From: an uncultured Armatimonadetes bacterium
Lineage (GTDB): Bacteria > Armatimonadota > Hebobacteria > Hebobacterales > Hebobacteraceae
Direction of reading: 5' to 3'
Assembly (NCBI GenBank): GCA_963716175.1
Contig: OY970296.1
Coordinates: forward strand, 1,088,001-1,152,000
DNA: 64,000 bases
Shown here: positions 39,926 to 49,704 of the stretch, piece by piece
How the letters are laid out: every line of letters begins with the position of its first letter
How positions within the stretch are numbered: position 1 is the first letter of the stretch
The notes under the pieces: generated by a model
The model's database searches: none
Told to the model about the DNA's origin: nothing
The model's input: only the letters and a program-made list of their open reading frames with translations
Program-made: the position numbers and the translations under genes

Positions 39926-40781
39926 GGTCGAGAACCTCCTCTACGCCGACTTCCATCTCCACCCCCGGCCCGGGCAGGTAGCGGCGCACCAGAAGCTCGT
40001 AGACCCCGGCCCCGAACAGCGCCCCGATAATGGGGCTCAGGATATAGACGGTGAAGAAGCCTCCCCGCGGGCCCGGTATCGCCACCGATCCCCAGCCAAG
40101 CAGATACGAGACAAGACGTGGGCCGAAATCACGCGCCGGATTGAGGCCGGCCTGGGTAATCGGCGCCACGATGGAGATGATGATCGCCACGGTGAGGCCG
40201 ATGAACAGCGGGACCATGAAGCGCGGCTTGTCCGGATTGCGCTGCTCGGTCAGCGCGAAAACGAAACAGGCCAGGAACGCTGTGCCTATCGCCTCGCCGA
40301 ACCAGGCGGTCAGCAGCGACACCTGGCGGTAGGCCTCAGGGGTCGTGCCGATCATCGCCGGGTTGGGGAAGTATTCTCCGAAGACCATCGCCGATAATTC
40401 GCTCCCCGGCCCTCCGCGCACAAGGTGATGAGCCGCCTCGAAATGCGCGATCATGCCGTGATACAGTCCGTACAAGATCAGCGACCCGCAGAACGCGCCA
40501 GCCACCTGAGACACGACATACGGAGCGATCTTCGACTTGGGGAACCCGCGGAAGGCGGCCATGGCAATGGTAATCGCGGGATTGATGTGGGCGCCGCTCA
40601 CCGCGCCGACGGCATAGATCGCCAGCGCGATCCCCACCGCCCAGACCACCGCCACCTGCCAGAGGCCGGACTGAGCGCCGCTGAGCACAGCCGCGTTCAC
40701 CGCCCCGACCCCGAAGAACACGAGCATCAGGGTGCCCAGGAACTCGCTCAGGCACTCGCCCCAGAGAGTCGGTCGTCTCAT
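39918..40781 (-). CDS. MIP channel, aquaglyceroporin (GlpF) type
   Basis: EFLGT, SGAHINPAIT, GLNPARDFGPR. Confidence 0.95.
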   Translation of the reverse strand: MRRPTLWGECLSEFLGTLMLVFFGVGAVNAAVLSGAQSGLWQVAVVWAVGIALAIYAVGAVSGAHINPAITIAMAAFRGFPKSKIAPYVVSQVAGAFCGSLILYGLYHGMIAHFEAAHHLVRGGPGSELSAMVFGEYFPNPAMIGTTPEAYRQVSLLTAWFGEAIGTAFLACFVFALTEQRNPDKPRFMVPLFIGLTVAIIISIVAPITQAGLNPARDFGPRLVSYLLGWGSVAIPGPRGGFFTVYILSPIIGALFGAGVYELLVRRYLPGPGVEMEVGVEEVLDRA

Positions 40782-40806
40782 GGCTCTCCCTCGCCCCTCT
40801 CTCCGG

Positions 40807-41202
40807 TCAGGCCGCCAGCAGCGCGTCCACCTGCTCTGCGATCCGCTGCGCTATCGCCTGCACCGCGGGATGCGCGGTGTCAATGTGGTTGTCGGGAAGT
40901 GACTCGAGGCTGATCTTCAGTTCCTTCGCCAGATCCGCGATGCGCACGGTCCGCGCCGCCTGCTTGCCCTTCTTGTCAACCAACCGCGTGGCACAGTCCA
41001 GCTCGCACGCCTCCACCGCCAGCACCGGGTACATGTTGATGAAATCCACGTCCTCCTGCACGTTGGCATTGAGCGCCGGGCCGCACCCCAGCACCGTGGT
41101 CTCGGGACGCAAGTCCTCGTGCACTACGTACAGCGCCTGCCGGCCCAGCACCGCCTCCTTGCGCAATCCCAGACACGGTTGCAGGCACACCTTATCGGCC
41201 AT
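40807..41202 (-). CDS. DGC-domain (putative zinc-binding) protein
   Basis: CLQPCLG, LGCGPAL, VLAVEACELDCA. Confidence 0.8.
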   Translation of the reverse strand: MADKVCLQPCLGLRKEAVLGRQALYVVHEDLRPETTVLGCGPALNANVQEDVDFINMYPVLAVEACELDCATRLVDKKGKQAARTVRIADLAKELKISLESLPDNHIDTAHPAVQAIAQRIAEQVDALLAA

Positions 41203-41220
41203 CGCTCTCTCCTCGTTCTT

Positions 41221-41337
41221 GTGGGGCGGGCATGTCGGAGTTTACCCTGAGCGCAGTCGAAGGGCATGCCCGCCGGTCTGCTCCCAACGGCGGCGATGCT
41301 CCCTCAGGCCATGCCTCGGTCGCACATCCGCCCTACA
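41221..41337. repeat. REP-like composite palindrome
   Basis: gtggggcgggcatg...catgcccgcc enclosing ccctgagcgcagtcgaaggg; ends in ccgccctac. Confidence 0.5.
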
Positions 41338-41340
41338 GAA

Positions 41341-41769
41341 TCACAGCGTGCTCAGCATCTCGTCCGCAATGATGCGGTCAACCGCCTCCACCGCCTTCCC
41401 GGCCAGCGCCGCCACCAGCCTCTCCCCTTTGGCCGTCAGGCCCCGCCTCTTCTCCCCGGCCACCGGGATCTTCGCTTCCGCCGCCACGTCCGCCACATAC
41501 AGCCGCGCCGCCGGCGCCTTCCCCAGCTCATCACACATGAAGCTGGCGCAGTGCGGCCGGCACCCGTCAATCACCAGCACTGGATACTTGCTGAAAAGCG
41601 CCAGGTGCTCCGGGTCCTTCACCGCCAGCCGCCCGCTGCTCAGCAGCACCACCTGGTCCGGCCGCATCTGCTGGATGCGATAGCCAGCCAGCCTCACCAC
41701 CGTGGAGACCAGCCGCCCGATCCCGTTGCACGGCAACACTGCCACCTTGAAATCGTGCTCCTCTGCCAT
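41341..41769 (-). CDS. DGC-domain (putative zinc-binding) protein
   Basis: VLPCNGIG, VLVIDGCRPHCA. Confidence 0.85.
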   Translation of the reverse strand: MAEEHDFKVAVLPCNGIGRLVSTVVRLAGYRIQQMRPDQVVLLSSGRLAVKDPEHLALFSKYPVLVIDGCRPHCASFMCDELGKAPAARLYVADVAAEAKIPVAGEKRRGLTAKGERLVAALAGKAVEAVDRIIADEMLSTL

Positions 41770-41919
41770 GACACCCCTTCTCCGGCCTGGCTTCCCTCAA
41801 CCGCCTTCAGCTTAGCGTGCGGCAAGACCAATTCTGAGATTGACGCATGAAATTTATGTGAATGCCCTTGACAGGAATTTCTTCCATGTGCGACAGTGAT
41901 GGCATCGGAGGTATGTCAG

Positions 41920-42600
41920 ATGGAAGACCAGCGCGACCGAGCCTTGTTCGCCATTGGCCTGGCAGCCCAGCAGGTGGGCCTGAGCGCCCGCACCCTGCGC
42001 ATCTACGAACAGGAGGGCCTCCTCCGCCCCGCCCGCAAGGGCGATCAGCGCCTCTACAGCGACCAGGACCTGATCTGGATCCGCTGCATCTCCGAGCTGA
42101 TCCACGGCCACAGCCTCACCACTGCCGCCATCCGCAGGCTGCTCGACCTTATCCCCTGCTGGGAGATCAAGCACTGCCCCGAGGAGGTGGCCGCCCGCTG
42201 CGCTCCCCACCTCCACATCCCCGGCATGGCGGTGCGCGCCCCGGGGGCCCCCGCTGGCTCAGCCGCGGCCGAAGACCGCGCCGGCGGCGCCCCAGAGCAA
42301 GACCAGGGAAAGGCCGTGGAGGTGAAGATCTTCTACGGCATCAAGGAGTTCGGGGTCATCTTCCCCTGCCTGAAGTGCATCCAGGCCGAGCGCATCGCCC
42401 GCCGCATCGCCCAGCGCCACCCTGGCCGGGTGGTGGTGCGCAAGTACGACGTGCTCTCCCCGGAGGCCGACCGCCACGGGGTGATGATGACCCCCACCGT
42501 GGTGGTGAACGGGGAAGTGGTGGCCAGTGGCAGGGGCCTCAGCGCCAACCGCCTGGAGCAGTTGCTCGAGCGGCACCTGAAACCTGACCAGGAAGAGTGA
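41920..42600 (+). CDS. MerR/HspR-like regulator with CWxxxxC motif, fused to a thioredoxin-like domain
   Basis: IGLAAQQVGLSARTLRIYEQEGLL.PAR..QRLYS; CWEIKHC...C; CLKC...GVMMTPTVVVNG. Confidence 0.88.
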   Translation: MEDQRDRALFAIGLAAQQVGLSARTLRIYEQEGLLRPARKGDQRLYSDQDLIWIRCISELIHGHSLTTAAIRRLLDLIPCWEIKHCPEEVAARCAPHLHIPGMAVRAPGAPAGSAAAEDRAGGAPEQDQGKAVEVKIFYGIKEFGVIFPCLKCIQAERIARRIAQRHPGRVVVRKYDVLSPEADRHGVMMTPTVVVNGEVVASGRGLSANRLEQLLERHLKPDQEE

Positions 42601-42627
42601 TACCGCCGCGCTCCCCGGTGCGCACCG

Positions 42628-42657
42628 AAAGGGCGGGGTCTTTCGACCCCGCCCTTT
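42628..42657. terminator. Bidirectional rho-independent terminator
   Basis: aaagggcggggtc-tttc-gaccccgcccttt between convergent genes. Confidence 0.75.
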
Positions 42658-42683
42658 GCCATGCTACCCCGAAGGCGTTGCGC

Positions 42684-45551
42684 CTAGATCGGGAGCTTAA
42701 ACGCTCTCTGCACGTACACCGCCATCTGGTCGCGGGAGCAGGGATATTCGGGGTGGTACCAGCCGTCGGGATAGCCGCCGGTCACTCCCCGCTCCGGATC
42801 CGCGATATACTCGATGTACTTGTAGGCCCAGAAGCCGGTGGGCACATCCGGGAAGGTGGGAGTGTCGGGCGGCGTGTAGCCCTCGAGGCCCTCATCCCCG
42901 GTCGGCGTGACGATGGCCCGGGCGATGAACACCGCCATCTGTCCCCGGTCAACCACATCGGCCGGATGATACCATCCATCCGGATAGCCGGTCACGATGC
43001 TGTTGGCGAACGCGTACTCCACGTACTTGAAGGCCCAGAAGTCCAGCGGCACATCCGGGAAGTGGGCCGTCGCCGGACCGCTGGGCACGTGCTCATCTCC
43101 GCCCGCCAGGGCGCGAGATACATACACCGCCATCTGGTCCCGGGAGACGGGAATCTCGGGGTGGTAGTTGCCATCCAGATAGCCCGCCACGATCCCAGCG
43201 CTGAAACAAGCAATGATCGGCCGGAAGGCCCAGTGGCTGGGACCCGCGTCCGGGAAGCCGACCGCGATGTACCGGACCTTGGTCTCGCTGGGGGAGGCGT
43301 ACTCATTCACCGCGGTGAGAGTGACCGTGTAGAGCCCGACCTTGCTGTAGGTGTGGTCCGGATGCTGGTCCGTGGAGGAGGCGCCGTCCCCGAAGCTCCA
43401 GCTCCAGGAGCTCGGGCCATTGGTTGAGAGATCGGTGAAGCTCACCGGCAGCGGGACGATCCCGGCAGTGGGCGTGGCCTCGAAGCTCACCTCCGGCGCC
43501 AGCCCCACCCGCATGTAGCCGGTCTTGGTCAAGCTGTCATCGCCATACAGGTTGCCCACCGTCAGCGTCACCGTGTAAGTGCCTGGCGCTGGATACTCGT
43601 AGACTGGATTCTGCTCGTCCGAGCTGTCGCCATTCCCGAAGGCCCAGGTCCACCACTCGGGAGTGCCTTCTGACAGATCGCTGAAGTGCACCTCCATCGG
43701 GGCCGCGCCGATCACCGCGTCGGCAGCGAAGTCGGCATGCGGGCTCCGCAGCAGCATCAGCATCTCGTTCATCACCAGTTCGACGCAGTCCTCGATGCCA
43801 TCCCCGTCCGCGTCCTGGTTGTGCTCGTCCCAGAGGAAGCCATTGATCACGGTGCGGGAGTGGTTCGAGATCACCACCGCCGCCTCGCTGGGCGTCACCG
43901 GCATGGCGAACCCGGCCACGGCGCGGGAGGTGGAGTCGGTCAGCACCAGCCGGTCCGCGTCCAGGATCCACCCATCATTCCACACCGCCAGGTTGGGGAC
44001 GTCTTGCACACCATCGAACAGCGGGTGCTCAGGCTCCCAGCGGAAAACCGATGGCAGCACTGTCAGACTCTCATCGGAGGCTACCCCGAAGGCCGCCGCC
44101 AGGTCCAGCTTATACTGGTCCGTCAATTGCCAGGTGGAGAGAGCAGCATGGCCGCCGCTGTCGACGTAGTTGACCAGGTCGGTCCAGCCCTCCGCCGGCG
44201 CTGTCGAGGGGCAGTCCACCACCACTGCCTCCCAATCACTACCCGTCAGGGCGGCGTTGAAGGTCGCCGTGTCAGCCTGTACATAGGGGAGGCCCAACCT
44301 CTGCGCCGCCTCCAGGGCGGTGTGCTGAACGGTGCCGTCATCGTAGATCAGGATGGGGATAGCGGACCTGGGGTACTGAACGCTGTTGGCCAGGATCTGG
44401 GCCGCGTTCGCATCCAAAGGCTCATTCCAGAAATCGTACCCCAGCATGATGGCGGCGCCGTAGCCTATGTCCCGGTAGGCCACCGCCGCGTTCCCCAGGC
44501 TGTCCTCCACCACCGCCGTCGCCTCCGCGCCGATGGCGTAGACGCCGGTGGCGTCCATCGCATGCACCGGCTCGCTCACCCCTTCCGCCAGCGGGTGGTC
44601 CGGCGCGACCACAGGCAGGGTTTCACCCGCGTTGTAGACGCCCGCGTAATCGGCGGTCATGAGACCGGTCGCGGTCATGAACCCAGCCCAATCTGCCACG
44701 TCAGACCAGGTCTGCTCCCCGCAGACGATCACGGTGCCGCCGTTCTCTACGAAATCCCACAGCACGGGGCCCAGTGCCGAGCCCACCGCTTCCAGCTCCT
44801 CGCGAGTGGCCTGCTCCTGTTCCGGCACCAGGAAGACGTGTTTGCCCTCCAGCTCCAGCCCCAGCACCCCGGGGTCGGTGGTCAGGGATTCGGTCACCGC
44901 GTAGTTGGGATAGCAGGAGGAGAGGGCCGCCAGAGTGTTAGGATACTCCCTGGTAGTGTCCGTGTAGGGCACCCAGGCCAGGATCTGGAGGGGCACCTGG
45001 GGCGTCTCGCCCAGGATCTCGATGTCGTCAATAGTCCAGCCCGTGGCGGTGTTGTCCTCAGTCGGCCCCAGCACCCAGCGAATGTAGACGGTCGCATGGC
45101 CGTCGGCGGCGGCCGAAATGTCGTACTCGCACAGCTTCCAGGCAGTGTCAAAGATGTCAGCGTCCGCGGGGTTCGCCCACACTGTCTGCCACGTGCTGCC
45201 GTTGTTCGAGACCTGGATGGCGACGCGGTCGTACCGGTAGATGCCGAGCCAGCGTTGGAAGCGCAACCTGGTGCCGGTCAGTTGTGAGCAGTCCAATGGT
45301 CCCGTGGTAAGGTACTGCGCCGGCTGCCACCAGGTGATAGCGCCGTTTAGCACAGTGGCGTAGACATTGACCCCGGTGAAGCCGCCGACGGGATCGGCGC
45401 CCCCTCCGGTCTGGGTCCCGAACTGCCAGTCCCCGGTCATCGCCCAGCCGGGGTTGATGGACAGTTGGAAGTTGTAGATCAGATCCGCGGCCGAGAGCGG
45501 CACCGCGCCACAGATGAGCAATGCCAGCAACAGCAGAGCACCCAGCCTCAT
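42684..45551 (-). CDS. Secreted protein with two PKD domains and three SLH domains
   Basis: Signal peptide; FSDLS..W.W.FGNG/FGDG..PxHxY PKD motifs; SRDQMAVY SLH repeats. Confidence 0.9.
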   Translation of the reverse strand: MRLGALLLLALLICGAVPLSAADLIYNFQLSINPGWAMTGDWQFGTQTGGGADPVGGFTGVNVYATVLNGAITWWQPAQYLTTGPLDCSQLTGTRLRFQRWLGIYRYDRVAIQVSNNGSTWQTVWANPADADIFDTAWKLCEYDISAAADGHATVYIRWVLGPTEDNTATGWTIDDIEILGETPQVPLQILAWVPYTDTTREYPNTLAALSSCYPNYAVTESLTTDPGVLGLELEGKHVFLVPEQEQATREELEAVGSALGPVLWDFVENGGTVIVCGEQTWSDVADWAGFMTATGLMTADYAGVYNAGETLPVVAPDHPLAEGVSEPVHAMDATGVYAIGAEATAVVEDSLGNAAVAYRDIGYGAAIMLGYDFWNEPLDANAAQILANSVQYPRSAIPILIYDDGTVQHTALEAAQRLGLPYVQADTATFNAALTGSDWEAVVVDCPSTAPAEGWTDLVNYVDSGGHAALSTWQLTDQYKLDLAAAFGVASDESLTVLPSVFRWEPEHPLFDGVQDVPNLAVWNDGWILDADRLVLTDSTSRAVAGFAMPVTPSEAAVVISNHSRTVINGFLWDEHNQDADGDGIEDCVELVMNEMLMLLRSPHADFAADAVIGAAPMEVHFSDLSEGTPEWWTWAFGNGDSSDEQNPVYEYPAPGTYTVTLTVGNLYGDDSLTKTGYMRVGLAPEVSFEATPTAGIVPLPVSFTDLSTNGPSSWSWSFGDGASSTDQHPDHTYSKVGLYTVTLTAVNEYASPSETKVRYIAVGFPDAGPSHWAFRPIIACFSAGIVAGYLDGNYHPEIPVSRDQMAVYVSRALAGGDEHVPSGPATAHFPDVPLDFWAFKYVEYAFANSIVTGYPDGWYHPADVVDRGQMAVFIARAIVTPTGDEGLEGYTPPDTPTFPDVPTGFWAYKYIEYIADPERGVTGGYPDGWYHPEYPCSRDQMAVYVQRAFKLPI

Positions 45552-45760
45552 ATCGCCTCCTGTCTCGCCGCGGCCCAGCCCTGCGGCCGCGAGCCCCGCC
45601 GAGTGTAACCGTCTACGCCCTCAACGGCGATACTACATGCCACTTCTCTACCGACCGCTACAACGACTCCCACAGGGGTGGGCGCCGGGGCCTGGGGCAC
45701 AGCGGGCCTGGAACTCGCGCCCTCTCGCGCGCTGCCAGCGCTCGCAGCCCCCGGCCCGCG

Positions 45761-47650
45761 CTAGCCGCGCCGCGGGGTGGTGTTCACCGCCTCCATCAGC
45801 AGGTGCCGATCCCGGCCCTTGAGCGTGACCGAGAGGAAACGGCGAGGGGAGCATTGCGCCATCTTGATCACCAGCCGGTTCCACCCCTCCCACAGTTCCA
45901 CCTCGAACTCATCCGCGCTGCTGGGGGAGGCGGGTCGGTGCTCGTGCTGGTAGAACACCTCCTGGCCGTGCAGCCACACCTTCGTCCCATCGTTGCAGCC
46001 CACCCGCAGTCGCGCGCCCTGCGCCCGAGGCAGGAAGTAATCGGTCGCCAGGTAGTAGGTCCCCGCCTCCCCCTCCAGCCCGGCCAGCACGTTCACCGCA
46101 GGCTCGGCCACGGACAGCCGGCGCCACCCTTCCCCACCCAGGAGTGCCTCGCCGGAGAGGATCCCGGGTTGCTCCGGAGCGTGGCTCTCATCGAAGCTGG
46201 CATAGGGGCCCGCCGCATACCAGAGCGATTCCCCCACCAGGGTGATGGGCACTGTGACCTCGCCCCCGTCATCCAGGGCCACGAACAGCGTGCACGGGTT
46301 CACCGCACCCACCCGCGCGTACTCCTCCGGTGCGCTCAGGGCGGCCATGAATAAGACCGTGCTCCCCTCGGGCAGCGCGACTCGTTCCGAGTTGGCGGTC
46401 ACCACGAACCCGGCCGGCGCTGAGACCCGGGTGCGCAGCTCCAGGCTGCGGGGCCCGGCGTTGGTCACTCCGATGGCCAAGCGCCGCGGCAGCTCATAGC
46501 CGATAGTGGGCCGCGTGTCATAGTCCACCTGGATCTCGAGCGGCCCCCTGCGAAAGGAGGTGACATAGGGCCCCATCGCCAGTTCCCGAATCAGGCCGGA
46601 GCCGTCGGGCGCGACCAGTGTCGAGGGCTCCTCCACCGGCTCCTCCGAGAGCTGCACCCGGCCCCCGCACTCCGATCGGATCACCAGCCGCGCCACCTCC
46701 AGCGTCTGCTCCGCCAGCACCGCCGCCGGCAAGGACGGCCCCAGCCCCACCAGGCCCCACCCGGTGCCCAGCTCATCCTCCACCACCTCCCGCCATCTCG
46801 CCGGGATCGCCGACGACCCCAGGATCACCCCCAGCATCGCGCCCGCCGCGGCGCAGGTGCACTCCGTGCTCCACCCGCAGTTGGCGGCCGTGATCAGGGT
46901 GCGGCCGAAGTCCCCGCGCTCGTGCAGCAGGGCCAGCGCGATCAGGCCCGCCGCCACCGTGCTGTCGCGCACCTCCTCCGATCCGTGAGAGCGCAGCAGC
47001 ATCTCCCGCGTGCGCGGCCACTGCGCCAGCTCCCCGTGCCACCGCGTCACGTCTCGCATCGCCCGCGCCACCCGCGAGTCATCCGGGATCAGGCTCAGCG
47101 CGATCTCGATCAGCCGGGCAGGCTCCGACTCCACGAAGGCCGCGCTCACCATCGCCGCCATCACCGCCGCCGCCTCCACCCCAGGGCCGGCGTGGTCGAG
47201 CATCGCGTCCTGGCACGCGTAGTGCGCCGCCTGCCTGGGATCTCCGGGCGCCACCAGCCCCCACAGGTCGGCCCTCGCCAGAGCGGCGAGCGCGCCGCGA
47301 AACGGATTGTCGAACACCCCGCACACCGGTGGGCGCAGGTCCCGGCGGAGATTGCCCACGGCATGGGCGTACTCGGATTCCGGGTATCGCAGGTGCCGCA
47401 GCCAGGCGCTGGCGAGATCGTCTGCAGTGAGCCGCGGCCCAATGCTCTGCAGCGTGCGCAGCCACACCAGTTGGAAGTCTGTGCTTGCGGTCCCGACAGC
47501 AGCTCGCGGCAGGCTATCCAGGAAGCTGGGGCTAAGCTCCTGGGGCTGCCTCTGGCCGTCCATCTGCGCGCCCACCGCGGCGCCGATGAGCTTCCCCAGC
47601 CAACCGCCGTAGACTTTGTCGCGATACCTGGCCTCGGTCAGTGTGACCAT
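45761..47650 (-). CDS. ADP-ribosylglycohydrolase-family protein (degenerate acidic motifs) with C-terminal beta domains
   Basis: YRDKVYGGWLGKxIG, RADLWGLVAPGDP, AANCG..TxC. Confidence 0.82.
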   Translation of the reverse strand: MVTLTEARYRDKVYGGWLGKLIGAAVGAQMDGQRQPQELSPSFLDSLPRAAVGTASTDFQLVWLRTLQSIGPRLTADDLASAWLRHLRYPESEYAHAVGNLRRDLRPPVCGVFDNPFRGALAALARADLWGLVAPGDPRQAAHYACQDAMLDHAGPGVEAAAVMAAMVSAAFVESEPARLIEIALSLIPDDSRVARAMRDVTRWHGELAQWPRTREMLLRSHGSEEVRDSTVAAGLIALALLHERGDFGRTLITAANCGWSTECTCAAAGAMLGVILGSSAIPARWREVVEDELGTGWGLVGLGPSLPAAVLAEQTLEVARLVIRSECGGRVQLSEEPVEEPSTLVAPDGSGLIRELAMGPYVTSFRRGPLEIQVDYDTRPTIGYELPRRLAIGVTNAGPRSLELRTRVSAPAGFVVTANSERVALPEGSTVLFMAALSAPEEYARVGAVNPCTLFVALDDGGEVTVPITLVGESLWYAAGPYASFDESHAPEQPGILSGEALLGGEGWRRLSVAEPAVNVLAGLEGEAGTYYLATDYFLPRAQGARLRVGCNDGTKVWLHGQEVFYQHEHRPASPSSADEFEVELWEGWNRLVIKMAQCSPRRFLSVTLKGRDRHLLMEAVNTTPRRG

Positions 47651-47814
47651 GGTCTTACCTCAGGGGACATCGCGGGGAGCGGACCGGCGGATTCTAACAC
47701 AAACCTGCGGGCCGCGTAAAGGCGGCGGGTTCCCGGTGGCCCGCGCGCGGAGCAGGAGCCGGGTCGCGACAGGGGGAAGGACGAGCGCAGTTCGAACTCA
47801 GAGAGGTTGGCCCC

Positions 47815-48279
47815 ATGCGAGCTTCGGAAGCCATGGCCCGGAAGGTCTGCAGCGTCGGTCCGGAGACCACTGTCGCCGAGGCGGCACGGATCATGTGCGT
47901 CAGCGGACATGGTAGTCTCCCCGTGCTCGACGCAGATGGCCGATTCCTTGGGGTGGTCAGCAAGTACGACCTGGTGCGCCACTGTCTGCCGGGCTACCTG
48001 GAGGAGGTCGGCAACCTCTATCGCTCCGGAGAGTTCCAGCCATTCCTCGAGAAGGCCAAGGAGCTGGCCGGCGCGCCGGTTGCCGGCATCATGGACACTA
48101 GGGCGGTGGTTGGCTCAGAGGACATGCCCCTCGCCGAGGTTGCCTCCCTCATGGTGACGCGGCACGTGCATCAGATCCCGGTGCTGCGCGAGGGCAAGCT
48201 CCTCGGTGTCATCGGCCTCCAGGATGTGATCTCGAAGCTGGCTGAGATAGCCTTTTGCTCGACTTCGACGGAGCCATGA
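47815..48279 (+). CDS. CBS-pair protein
   Basis: SLPVLD..G..LGVVS..DL; IPVLREGKLLGVI. Confidence 0.92.
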   Translation: MRASEAMARKVCSVGPETTVAEAARIMCVSGHGSLPVLDADGRFLGVVSKYDLVRHCLPGYLEEVGNLYRSGEFQPFLEKAKELAGAPVAGIMDTRAVVGSEDMPLAEVASLMVTRHVHQIPVLREGKLLGVIGLQDVISKLAEIAFCSTSTEP

Positions 48280-49607
48280 CGGCACACCCCCTGCAGGCGC
48301 TGGCCGCGGTCCTGATCTTCGTCGCGGCCTATGCCTTGATCGCCACCGAGCGCATGCATCGCACCGTAGTCGCGCTGGCGGGCGGCGCGGCCGTGCTCTT
48401 GCTGGGGCTGGTGCCACAGGCGGAAGCCTTCGGCGCCGGCGGCCAGGGGGTGGACTGGAACGTGATCTTCCTGCTGCTGGGCATGATGATCATCGTCAAC
48501 CTCACCCGCCGCACCGGTCTTTTCCAGTGGATCGCGATCAAGGCCGCAAAGCTCGCCCGGGGCGAGCCAGTCCGCGTCCTCCTCCTCCTGGCCGCGGTCA
48601 CCGGCCTGCTCTCGGCCCTGCTGGACAATGTCACCACCGTTCTCTTCATGGCTCCCGTCACTCTGCTCATCGCCGACGGTCTGGGAATCAGCCCGGTCCC
48701 CCTGCTGATAGTGCAGATCATCGCCTCCAATGTCGGAGGCACCGCCACCCTCATCGGCGACCCTCCCAATATCATGATCGGCAGCTCCGCCCAACTGGGG
48801 TTCATGAGCTTCCTGGTCAATCTTGCTCCCATCGCCATCCTTGTCTTCGTGCTGCTCATCCCGCTGTTCAAGTGGATGTTCCGGGAGCAGCTCAAGCCGC
48901 CGCCGGATGTGAAGGAGAGAGTGGCCGGCTTCGACGAGAAGCGCGCCATCACCGAACCCCTGCTTCTCAGGAAGTGCCTGGTCGTGCTCGCCTTCACCTT
49001 CGCCGGGTTCATCCTGCACGAGCACTTTCACCTCGGACCCGCGACCGTCGCGCTGGCCGGGGCCGCTCTGCTGTTGCTCGTGACCAGGGCCCCGGTGGAA
49101 GAGCTGCTGCGCGAGATCGAGTGGAGCACCCTGCTCTTCTTTGTGGGGCTTTTCCTGATGGTCTCGGCCCTGGTCCGCACCGGGATCATCCCCATGGTGG
49201 CCCACCTGTTGCTCTCCCAGGCCAGCCACAACCCGGACGCCAGCGCCATCGCGCTGCTCTGGCTTTCAGCTCTGATCTCGGGCCTGGTGGACAATATCCC
49301 CTTCGTGGCCGCGGCCGACCCGATGCTGGTCCAGCTCGCGGCCGGCCTGGCGCCGCCGGGAGCCGCTCACCTGGCCGCTCTCCATAGCCCGGCCATGATG
49401 GTCTTCTGGTGGTCACTTGCCTTGGGCGCATGCCTGGGTGGAAACGCCACCCTGATCGGCGCCTCCGCCAATGTGGTGGTTGCCGGCATCGCCGAGCGCC
49501 ACGGCCACCCCATTGGCTTCCGCCACTACCTGCGCTACGGCGTTCCCACCACCCTGCTCTCCCTCCTGCTCTCTACTCTCTACATCTGGGTGCGCTATCT
49601 GCGCTAG
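48276..49607 (+). CDS. ArsB/NhaD (CitMHS/SLC13-like) ion transporter
   Basis: LDNVTTVL, SNVGGTATLIGDPPN, VDNIPF, GGNATLIGASAN. Confidence 0.92.
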   Translation: MTAHPLQALAAVLIFVAAYALIATERMHRTVVALAGGAAVLLLGLVPQAEAFGAGGQGVDWNVIFLLLGMMIIVNLTRRTGLFQWIAIKAAKLARGEPVRVLLLLAAVTGLLSALLDNVTTVLFMAPVTLLIADGLGISPVPLLIVQIIASNVGGTATLIGDPPNIMIGSSAQLGFMSFLVNLAPIAILVFVLLIPLFKWMFREQLKPPPDVKERVAGFDEKRAITEPLLLRKCLVVLAFTFAGFILHEHFHLGPATVALAGAALLLLVTRAPVEELLREIEWSTLLFFVGLFLMVSALVRTGIIPMVAHLLLSQASHNPDASAIALLWLSALISGLVDNIPFVAAADPMLVQLAAGLAPPGAAHLAALHSPAMMVFWWSLALGACLGGNATLIGASANVVVAGIAERHGHPIGFRHYLRYGVPTTLLSLLLSTLYIWVRYLR

Positions 49608-49704
49608 CGGCCACGCTGCTCGCTTAGCCGGCCGCTGGTGGTCCCCCTTCGGGGCGCACTCTCGGCAGGAGCGACCGCCCCGATGGTGAACTGCCCGCGA
49701 GAGT

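Noticed and set aside
38467-41769. Selenocysteine recoding in the DGC genes
   Set aside because: The ORFs read through with Cys codons; no in-frame TGA at motif positions
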